This document shows positions 51,102-62,183 of a stretch of 64,000 bases of DNA, piece by piece (the stretch's first letter is position 1; the number at the start of each line of letters is the position of its first letter). The notes beneath the pieces are model-generated. The model was not told the origin of the DNA and ran no database searches. It worked only from the letters and a program-made list of their open reading frames with translations. The stretch comes from Mobula hypostoma (Eukaryota): assembly GCF_963921235.1 (NCBI RefSeq), contig NC_086106.1, positions 20,584,001 to 20,648,000 of the forward strand, in the 5' to 3' direction. A program made the position numbers and the translations under genes.

Positions 51102-53170
51102 TTGTATTAATTTGATAGAACTTAACAGATGGGCAATTTTAGTTATTTATCTTTTGAACCGTGGGCGGTGCCGGGAAAGTCAGAATTAATTACACATCTG
51201 AGTCGGCATTTAGAGAGCGTTTGGAGGCAATCACGTTGATGGGTCAGGAGTCATAAAGAGGCTCGGAGGATAAGGATGAGAGATCTCTTTCCTGAAGGAT
51301 ATCACTAATTCTGAAAGGAAATTATTACTAATGGCGATATTTGAAAATAAATACTGATTGGAAATCTGACTGCAGATCCAAATCTATTGCAGATTATGAT
51401 GGCCTGAGTTTTAATTTGAAAGGTTTTTTCTGTTTGTATCCGTGAACTGTTATTCCATTCCCTTGCGCTACTCACACGATTTCATGTGCTGCCCTATTCT
51501 TCATCGCTTTGAATCTAACCTTCTGCCTGCCCATTGAATCACTCTATATGTGGTGCCCTGGAGAATATTTTCCCTTTGCAAACATCGTAAGAATACGCTG
51601 TCTGATCGATATGACCTTAAGGTTTATGTATTCTGCTGTGTGCAGAATGGATCCATATTTCCTTCACTGTAACAGGGCCGTACTTTGCAACTACGACATT
51701 GCCCGTGAACTGCTCGGGACACAATGAAAGGTGTTCTGTAAGTGTCAGGATTGTACCTCACAGCCTCTTTGACCGAATCACCAGTAAAACTGGTTTATGT
51801 GGGAAGTATTTGTTCAACAAACCCAGTCACGATCGAAGACGGCAAGAAATTGGAGCAGTTGCTCCGTCAATGAACTGAGATAAACAGTTCCTTTTAACAG
51901 CAAATTTTAAATTATGTCCCGTCAGCGTGTGTGGGACACTTTAGGGGAAGTTTGCCCTCTGATCCTCAAGGATGTCTTGTTCTGCACAGGGCTACGAACC
52001 CTGACTGTTCAAACAATTGCTCTGGAAATAACAATAAAATTCAAAATCTGTGTGCGACGGTACTCCTGATCCTGAAGTTTACACTTTAATTCACCTGCCC
52101 TGGGAGGGATCAGACCGTTCAGATGGATCTTTCTGTGTAATCCGTCGCTGCCAGGAGAGGACATGGTAGCTGTAATCTGCACTTAACTCATGCTCTGTGT
52201 ACTCTGGGATGCTTGTTGGAATCTCTTTGAGGAAGAATTCTCCAGATTAACAAGCTAAATGCTGATTCCATTGCATGACAGAGCAGAGAATGGCGTCATT
52301 GATGAGATAATGTCTGGGCTTACTGTCGGGTTTTATTGGTTGAGCTAACCCAATAAACCAATTGACTTTCTGCTCTTCCCTGCATCCCTACGAATGGCAA
52401 AGCTCCTTCTGTTAAACCTCTACACTCACTGTTGGAGATAACGATCATTCAGTCAGTGTGTTTCAGATCATTAACGTTCATCAAAAACGTTCACCTAATT
52501 GGTCCCTCCCCACACCTTCTATACTACGTCTAATCCCCATTCGCCAATGCAAGGATGCCTGCAATTTTTGAAGGCATTGTGCCTTCAATTCCTTGCCATA
52601 GTAGTTCTACACCACTTACCAACAGCCTTCCCAACTCCAAAGATCTGCCTCCGTACACCATCTCCTCTCCCATCAGGGGATAAACCTAAAAACTTAAAGC
52701 CATCAATAAATCCTGAGATGTTACCTATACCTTAGCTGCATCCTGGGACAGACCTCTCGCTGTACATTACATGATTAGTCTGACACCCACCTCTTACCTG
52801 GTGTTATGGGAAGCAGTATAATAGAACTGAGCATGGAGCAGCATGTAGAAGAAGGTCTAGCAAGGTGATGACGGTAACATGATGTAAGGAAGGACAAGCC
52901 ATTGACAGGGGACGAAAGCAGAAGGATCATAAAGTCAACACCAACAAGCTCCGTGACAGCTTCTTTCACCAAGCCATCAGACCGCTTAATTCATGCTGAC
53001 GCAACTGTATTTCTATGTTCTATTGACTATCATGTTGTACATAACGTTTACTATAAATGACTGTAATTCAACATTGCACATTTGAATGGAGACGTAACGT
53101 AAATGTTTTTACTCATTATGTATATGAAGGATGTAAGTAATAAGGTCAATTCAATTTAATCCAGCTCAAT

Positions 53171-53987
53171 TCATGTTATTGTCACCGAGGTCCTTCCTAA
53201 TAAGCGAGATATTCACACTTCTCCGTCTGCCCATTCACCCAATGCAGTAACTTCACTTGCCCGTCACATCCACTGATCTCAGAGAAGTGTCAATATGATG
53301 CCATACCAACAGCAACCACTTCCTGGATTTCTATCCGAAATTTAATCTTGGATCCTCCTGGCCTCTGAATAAAAGAGGCATTTTCACAGTTTTCCTGTGT
53401 GCAGGCACGAAAATCAAAGGCGAAGCCAGTTGGGCGTTTACTTGCCCAGAAATAAGCATTTTCCATTGCAGTCTCAGTTAGCCTTCGGGGATTTGACTCT
53501 GGGAGTCAGCAATGCGGATTTCGTGGAGACAGACGACGATGCAGACGCTCATTTGTCGGGATCAGTTTCTGTTCAGCTCCCCATCACCGTGGTGAATATC
53601 ACGATGCTTCACCGTAGGTCACAATCCGACTTCGTCATATCCAGCCCAAATCCAATGGATCTATTAAACACTCCATCTGGGTACGGGCGTCCCACACAGC
53701 AGGTCTCAATCTTGACCATCCAGGTCCTGAAGTGGATATGAGAAAACCAACCGGGACCTTACTCTGGACTTCAACTGACAGCTCCTCCTTTTTAGTTCCG
53801 TTTGCATTGAGACTCATTTCTAATTGAACTTGTACCCATTTCTTGATTATGCACTCCGTCTCCGATATACATCTATGATCGGGTAAAGACCGGCAGAATC
53901 GAACGAAGAGCCTCGTGAAAAGTGTTTTGTTGCAGTAGATATTGAGAGCCGCCACCTCTCACACTGAGGCACAATATGAAATAGCCG
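53171..53987 (-). pseudogene. D1-D2-J block of unit B3 (J 53171-53213 dead; D2 53564-53627 best preserved; D1 remnant 53922-53987)
   Basis: J YLAY*-[5 nt]-TSVTIT; D2 = GGATTGTGA-12-CATCGTG / ATATTCAC / CACGGTG-12-ACAGAAACT. Confidence 0.8.
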
Positions 53988-54382
53988 ATATGATACACCC
54001 TTGTACGGTAACCTCCGACCCTTTCACTATCTCCCAACAGTTCACTCGTCAGTCCAATCGCGCCAGTGAAGCAATGTATTTCTTGTCATTAATGTTCTAT
54101 ATACCGTTACCATTTATTGTAACATGTAGACGAAGGATCGACATCTGACAAGGTGGATTTGTGAACTCATTCCCACTCACGGCGCTTGGCTCCGAGCTGC
54201 CATCTGAAGTGCTCCGCTGAGACCCTCGGCCCATCCATTCAGCATCTCTTCGCTGGAATCACCGCTGAGAACCCGCTTTCCATTGCGTGGACGAGCGGAT
54301 GTGGCCCTTAACGAGTGGGATACAGCTGTGGCGATCACCACTGGCCTTTCCCTCTGCGCCCTACCGGTCGGCAATTTCACTG

Positions 54383-54421
54383 AGTTTTTGTCGGGGTCTA
54401 CTCCAGATCTCTCTCACTGTG
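54383..54421 (-). promoter_or_regulatory. V 3' 23-RSS of B3
   Basis: CACAGTG + 23 nt + ACAAAAACT. Confidence 0.95.
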
Positions 54422-54905
54422 TCTCTCGCACAGTAATAGGTGGCCGTGTCGTCCAGTATCAGGTTGTTTATTTGCAGATAAACGGTGCTGCTGTCCTTGG
54501 AAACCTCGAATCGGCCTTCGAATCCAGGCGCGTAGTCTTTGTTACCGTCATAATATACAACAGCCACCCATTCCAGCACTTTCCCTGATACGTGTCTCAC
54601 CCAGTGCATGTTATAGTCGTTGAGGCTGAACCCACTGACTGCACAGGTCAGTCTGTGGGACTGTCCGGGCTTCACCATCGCTGACTCGGGCTGTTCCAGC
54701 TGCATATCGGACTGCACGCCTGTCAACAAAAGAAGAGCAGAAACTGAGACAAATGTTCCACGAGCAGAGATTCAGAAAACCTGCGGGAAACAGTCTGCCT
54801 TTGTAGATAATAAATTGTGGGACAGACACCTGGAAGGCAGAGCAGAAGGAGACAGAAGTAAGGATTGCCCCTTATCTTGCTGAGCACTGAATCCGATTTC
54901 GGCAT
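54422..54905 (-). CDS. IGHV: Ig heavy-chain V segment B3 (IgW-like), apparently intact; leader 54830-54905, V exon 54422-54719
   Basis: Leader [30 protein letters not shown] intron, open 298-nt V exon [38 protein letters not shown]-23-ACAAAAACT. Confidence 0.92.
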
Positions 54906-57900
54906 TTTTGAGATCAGCGGCTTTAGTTGAGAGCGGTTTTATCGCGAGCTGCCGAGAGCGCTGTTCAAATAGAGACGTAGACTGCCAGTGAGAGGAGGAG
55001 CCGCGGTTGTAAAGTCTCCCACACAATGAAACCAGAGACATAGATTCCTGTCCCCGCCTCCAGCAGAAATTTCAATTGTCCAAAATATACTTGTCTCTGC
55101 ACAGGGGGCAGGTCAGCGGCAGTGACCAGATTCGGATTAATGATCTGGCACACTCATCATTTTCGGCGATAAACAGTTTTGTAAACTGAAAGGCTGAGGA
55201 CCTCGGCGAGAACGAATGAGAAACACATGTCAGTGGGCAGGTTTCCCCCTGAGACACAGGGCTGAGAGACACCAGCCTCTGGTCAAACATTACCCTGTGA
55301 GACAGGAAGTGTAAGACACCAGTCAGTGGACACAGAGTACGCTGAAAGACAGGAAGTGAGAGCTTCTAGCCAATGGTCTGGTGCCCCCCCCCCCCCAGAT
55401 ACAGCGACTAACAGTCTAGTCAGTGGACAGATAACCTCTGAGAGACAAAGACTGAGATACACCAGTTAGTGGACAGATATCGCTCTGAATGACAGGGACT
55501 GAGCACACTAGTCAATGGGCAGATTTCCTCCTTAGGGACACCGTTCGAGAGGCACTGGACTGTGCACGGAAATGTAATAAACAAAAATTTCATGGTGTAT
55601 ATTCGATTATCCAGTTGTTGTCATAATAAGACCAATGTTGGCAAGCACGCGTAGGGTCAGCGAAGGATGACATCGGCAGCTGATAATTGAATATGCTCAT
55701 GTTTACTGAGGCTGATTTAGATGTTAGAATTTGGGCCATTGACCATGAGTGTATAGTCATATGTGAAGCCAAGATATTAATCTGCATGGCTGAGTTTTTC
55801 TGCAGTTTCTAGGAACGGAGAATAGATTTCATCTGTTGCCCGAGATAGTTGGCTTTAATTACATGGAGAGTTTGAATAAGCTGGATTTTTATTCGCTGGA
55901 AAGCTAAGTCTAACTTTGAAGAAGTTTAGAAAATTGTGAGGAGTACAGATGCTGCCAGAGTCCGTTTCCCAGGGCACACTAGGTTACAAACAGAGGGCAT
56001 AAGTTTATGCTGAGAGGGCCAGAAAGCAAATAATATCTTAGCGATGTTATCCAATAATGATGCTCTTTTTAGCAGCATATCCACCTATTCTCTGCATAAT
56101 GTATTGTCTATTAAATTGTCTCTTAGATGTTGCAATCGTATCCGCTGAAGTTGCAGGTACTTCCAGTCTTCGCATATATATTTTTTTAAATTTCTCGTGT
56201 ATCATCCTTGGTATCCTCTCTATTATATTAAATAAATGTATCCGGCGATTTCACAGTTCCACCTTGGCATAAGGACACTGATTATCCTCCATGTCATGCT
56301 CTGATATTACGTACTTCACCAGGTCCTCGACGGGCTTTAATGTTCAATATAATGCAATCCTAGTTAGTCTAAACTTACATATATACCACACAAGCCAATC
56401 TAGATAACATACAATCGACCCACTTATACGCCACACCCAAAACATCACATCCTTCCTAAAATGTGACGATGAGGACTGCTCGCATTTCTACAAATGCGGC
56501 CGAGCAAAAACTTTACATAGCGACAATTTTATTTGCTAACATTTATACTCATTGACACGAACGATAACGGGATATATATTGTTGCTTCATTTAGCACACC
56601 CCTTCCAGAAGCACAAAGCCTAGTAGGGTTTGGCGGCTTGCGTGTCTCAATGACCCTGAAGACCCTGTGCTCTGGCGCTTCGTAGGATCACTTATGCCGA
56701 ACAGATCAGACTGTAGAGCCTACGCTATGCGATAGACAGGTCATCTAGGTGCATGGGCTGGGTTTCAGCTCAGGGACAAGTGAAAAAAGGATGAAGTGTT
56801 CCTCATATGAAGTAACACACTGAAGAATCACTTGGCTATGTAATCCGATTCCGAAACTTCTGCTGAAGTTTCAGGTGCTTTCAGCCTTCGCATTTTTAAT
56901 AAATTTCTGGTTTATCCTCTTCCGTATTCTCTCTTTCAACTTAAATCAATGTTGTCGACGATTTCATGGTTCCACATTGGCATTAAAAACATTATGTATT
57001 TCACCAGCTCGGCTGACAGTCTTTCATCCTCAAGATAATGCAATCCTATGTTATCTACAATCCCCTCATATATCACACATGTTTGTTACAGAAAACATAC
57101 AGTTGACCCACTTCTGTGCCACATCCAAAACCTCGCATCTTTCCGAAAATGTTCCGATGAGAACTGTTTGCAATACTCAAAATGTGGTCGAGCCAAAATT
57201 CTATATAGCTGCAATATTACTTGCAAATATTTATACTCGATGACACGAGCAAAAACGGGATTTATGTAGCAGGCTTCATTTAACACACTCCTCCTAGAGG
57301 TTTGGAGGCTTGCGTGCCTCAGTGACCCCGAGAGCCTTGTGCTGTGGCGCGTGGTTTGTTCACTCACACCATACAGATCAAATTGTAGAGGCTGCGCTAA
57401 GAGCGATACACGGCTCCTCTAGGTCCACGGGCGGGGGTGTTGCTCCAGGCCAACAGCCCTGACAAGCGAAAACATAGACGAAAGTGAATCCCATATGAAG
57501 TGACACATTGCGGAAGCAATTGCTGATTTTCGGAAGGCCCTGGGATATTTTGGGGTTTGCAGAATTCAATGAAAACAAATTGGTTTAATCGGAATAAACT
57601 TAGTAAAATAAAAAAAAAAGAACAGCGTAGTTGCCACAAATCAGTCGGACAGAATTTGGTGAAAGGTCATTGATGTGAAATAGTAACTCTGTTTATCCAA
57701 CCACATATGTCCCCTGAGTTGGGCAGTGTTGGCATTGCAGGAGGCAGAATAACGCCTGCCGGGCAGATTAGTAGCCGAAGATCTCATACATCCCAGGACC
57801 AACAGGTGGTGAGTACGTTTTGTTCCGTCTGTATTTTACAAAAACACCGATCAAACTGACAGCAGGGAGCTGGGCTGAAGTGGGGAGTTGGATCTGCATG

Positions 57901-60501
57901 TGTCAGCTCAGAAGAAACGTGCAACGAAATAACGTTTGGGTATTTGTACAAAATAATCGAGGGTGAATCAACAGATCGGCTGAGTTTCGGTCTGATTGTT
58001 GTCTAAATTGTATTAATTTGATAGAGCGGGTAACTTGATCAACAGGCGGGCAATTTTAGTTATTCATCATCTGGACACTGGTCTTCACTGAAGAAGTAAG
58101 AAATGAATTATTCTGGCTCGCCAGAGAGCCTTTTGATGCAAACAAATTGATAAGCCAGGAGTCATAAAGAAGCCCGTAGGGTAAAGATGACAGATCTCTT
58201 TCCTCGATGATATCAAAATTCTGAAAGGAAATCCTTACTAATGGCGAGACTTAAAAAATACAAATTGCTAAGATGTTGGAAATCTGACCGCTGATCCAAA
58301 TCTGTTGCGGATCATTTTGATCTGATTTTAAATTTGACAGATTTGTTGTGGTGGTATTCTTGGACTGCTCTTCCATCCCCTGCGCTACTAATCTGATTTC
58401 ATTTGCTGCCCTATTCTCCATCGTCCGAAATCCAACCTTCTGCTTCCCCATTAGATCACTGTACAGATCGTGTCCTGGACAATCTTCTTCCTTCGGAAAC
58501 ATCACAAGAATAGGCTGTTGTTTTGCTATCACCTTAAAGTTTTTTGATTCTGTTGTGTGCTGAATAGTTCCACATTCTCTGCTCTGGAACAGGGCTGTAT
58601 TTTGCAGTTCCGTCATTGCCCTTGAAAAGCTTTAGCACAATGTAAGTTACTCTGTAAATGTCAAGACTGTACCACACAACTACTCTTACCGAATCACTAG
58701 TATAACTGGTTTCACGCTATAGGAAAGGTTTCACTACTGATGTAATAGTGTTTTTGCAGCAGCAGTGTGTTTGGGTTATGACTAGAGATCAACGGGGCTT
58801 TGTAATGTGCGGCGTCCGATGAGGGGATTGGTGTTCGTTCTTGTGTGCCCGAGAGCGAGGGATTTGCGTGCATTTGTTCGGAAGAAGATGGAGAGAAAAT
58901 ATGCCAGAAAGGCGAAGTCGTAGACTACAAGACGGAGTGGACCTGGAGTGTGGTTGGGAGTCGACGACACCCCGGTGAAATCGATGGAGAACGAACAGAC
59001 GGGAAAACAGTGAGCTCCATCGTGCACATTAGACTGCTTTATTAAAATGGGCCCCTTTTCTTTTTATTTTGTTTAATCACCCTAGAGTCGAAATAAGAGG
59101 TATAAAGCTCAATCGTTTAATTGCGAACTGTGTAATGTTTGTTATTTCGAGGTACTGATTTGTAACAGGTGAACACATCACGCAGCATCCACACAAACAA
59201 GATTTCTCAAGTTGTCCAGGCCGGAGGCTGTCGACCCCTAGACTAACGCCACTGGTCGAATCTGAGTGTTACACCGGTTTACGTGGATCTCAACTGTTAA
59301 AGGAACCCACTCAGAATGCAGGACGGCTTGGAATTATAGAGGCAGCTTTGTCTGTGAACTGAGAGCAAACAGTTCTTTTGAACAGCAAAGTTCAATTCAT
59401 GTCCTGTAAGTGCATGATGGGACAAGTTAGGGGAAGTTTCACTCTTTGTTTACGCTCTAATGTCCCTGCCCTGGTCGGGATGGATAATGCAGAAGTATCT
59501 TTCTAACTACTCTGTTCACTCTCAGGTGCTTAATGGAATCTCGACGAGGAAGAATTACGTAGATACACAGGATGAATACTGATTGCTTTCACTGAGAGAG
59601 CAGAGAGTGAGGCCATTCTTCCGATAGTGTCTGAGCAACCTTTTAGCTGATGAACCCAAATAAAACAATTGATCTCTCTGCTCTGTTCCGTCTCATTACG
59701 AAAATCAGATCTCCGCCTGTTCTCTCTCTGCACTCACTATTGGACATCACGGTCTAATAGGCAATGTGTTTCAGGTCACAATCGGTCATCGATAAACGTT
59801 CCCTTAAATGGAACACTATTACACAATAATGACTTGAAAGCCACCCTCCCAACGCCACCTACACTATTCCCAACCCCTATCCGCCAATGCACGGATGCCT
59901 GGAATTTATGACGGCCTTATGCCTTCGTTTCTCTGACTTAATATTTCCGTACAACTTACCTACTGCCTTCCTAACTCCAAAATTTATCCTCCCCATACAC
60001 CACCTGCACAGCCATCAGAGAGTAAAACTAAAATCTTAAATCCATCAATTATTCCTCAGATATCGCCTGTACCATAGAAACATCCTTGTACAGACCTGAC
60101 GCTGAACATTACATGATGGAGCTGACACCCACCTGTACCTTGTGGATGTGGGAGACAGTATAATAGGGATGTGTATCGGCCAGCATTGACAAGGAAGTAC
60201 AAGAAGATGTTGGCTGTAACATGAATGTAAGGAAGGCCAAGCCATTGACTGGGGACAAAGGGAAACAGTGCATAAAAGCTAGTACAAACAGGCTACGGGA
60301 GAACTTCTTCCACCAGGTCACGGAACTGCTTAATTCATGCTGACGCAAATGTATTTCTATGTTATATTGACCATCCTATTGTATATAATAATAATTATAA
60401 AGTAATATAATTGCACATTGCACATTCAGCTCAGACGTAACATAAATATTTACTTCTCATGTATATTAAGGATGCAAGTAGTAAAGTCAATTCATTTCAA
60501 T

Positions 60502-61356
60502 TCAAGATATCGTCAGCGTGGTACGTCCTTGTAGGCAAGATATTCACACTGCACCGTCTCCCCATTCACCCAATGCAGTAACTTCAGTTGTTTGCCACAT
60601 CCACTAATCTTGGAAAAGAGTTAACATAATCCCAATCCGGAAGAAGCTACTTCCTGGATTTTTATCTGAAATTCCTAGCCTGGTTCTTCCTAGCCTGTGA
60701 ATAAAAGAGGCATTTGCACAGTTTTCCTCTCTGCCGACACCGGTTTCCTCCATTCCGTAGAATTAGAGTTGAAGGTATTTGGGCTTATACTTGCCCAGAA
60801 CAGTTGACTTAACAGTCCGAGTCAGCCTTCAGGGAATTAACTCTTGGATGTAGCAATAAAGAATTCGTGGAGGCAAACTGCAGTGCACACGCCGATTTGT
60901 CGGGAGCAGTTTTTGGCCAGCTCCCCATCACACTGGTGCATATCACGGTGCATAACTGCAGGTCATAGTACAACTTCGTCATATATACCCCGAAATCCAA
61001 AGGATCGCTGAGACGCCCAACAGATTTATTAAACCCACTCTTAGGGTTTGGGCGTCCCACACAGCGGGTCTCAATTTCAGCCATCCCAGTCCTGAAATGG
61101 AGATGATATAAACAACCGGGACCTTTCTCTGGGCTTCAGCTGACAGTTCCTTCGCTGCAGTTCCTTTTGCATTGATACTCATTTCTAGTGGAGCATCTAC
61201 CCATCCCTAGACTATGCGCACGTGATCTGATTTATATCCATCGATGCCAGGGTCAAGACAGGTAGAAGCGAACGGGGAGCGTAATTAGAAGTGTTTTGTT
61301 ATAATAGATACGGAGGACAGCCACCTCTCACACTGAGACACACCAGCATATAGCCG
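60502..61356 (-). pseudogene. Decayed D1-D2-J block of unit A4 (J 60502-60544; D2 60908-60971; D1 remnant 61291-61356)
   Basis: J YLAYK-[5 nt]-TTLTIS; same layout. Confidence 0.75.
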
Positions 61357-61776
61357 ATGTGATACACCGACGCACGATAACCTCCGCCCGTATCACTGCC
61401 TCCCAGCACGGGTACTCCTCATTCAAAACGCACTAGAAGACCAAAGGGTCTCTGATCATTAATGTTTCTCATACCCCGACCATTCACTGTCACGAGTCGA
61501 CGAAGGAAGATACCTGACAAAGTGAGCCCATTTCCACTCACGGCGCTTAGCTTCCAGCTGACTTTCGAAGTGATCCGCTGAGCTCTTCGGCCCACCATCC
61601 AGCATCTGTTCAGGACATCCACGCTGGAAACCCTCCTTCCATTGCGTGGACTAGGGGATGTAGCCCAGGACGACCGGGATACGGCTGTGGCGATCACTGC
61701 TGTTCTTTCCCTCAGCTCCCTAAGGGAAGGCGCTCTCGCTCGGTCTCACAGTCCACTCCCGATCTCTCCCAATATG

Positions 61777-62183
61777 TCTCTGGTACAGTAATAGATGGCT
61801 GTGTCTTCCAGTCGAAGGTTGTTTATTTACAGATAAACGGTGCTACAGTCCTTGAAAACATCGAATCTGCCTTCGACTCCAGGCGTATACTTCTTGTTAC
61901 CGTTATCCCATACAACGGCCACCCATTCCAGCCCTTTCCCGAAGACGAGTTTCACTATGACAGACCATCTCATAGCCGCTGAGGCTGAACCCACTGACTA
62001 CACAGGTCAATCTGTGGAACTGGACAGGTTTTGCCACCGCTGACAGGGGCTGTGTCAGCAGGATATCGGACTGCACGCCGGTCAATAATAAATTGCGGGA
62101 CAGACACCTGCTAGACAAAGCAGGAGGGAGCAGAGATAAGGAATGGCCTCTATCGTGCTGAGCACTGAATCCGACTTGGACAT
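61777..62183 (-). pseudogene. Ig VH pseudogene A4
   Basis: Leader intron collapsed to 29 nt with acceptor AG>CG; +4 frameshift in FR2; heptamer CATATTG and nonamer destroyed. Confidence 0.92.

Noticed and set aside
1807-62183. Pure V-only translocon or NAR-TCR cassette (V-D-supporting TCR-delta V)
   Set aside because: Closer reading shows IgH-type D, WGxGT-type J and CH remnants after every V; no second V domain with Cys/Trp/YYC was found.
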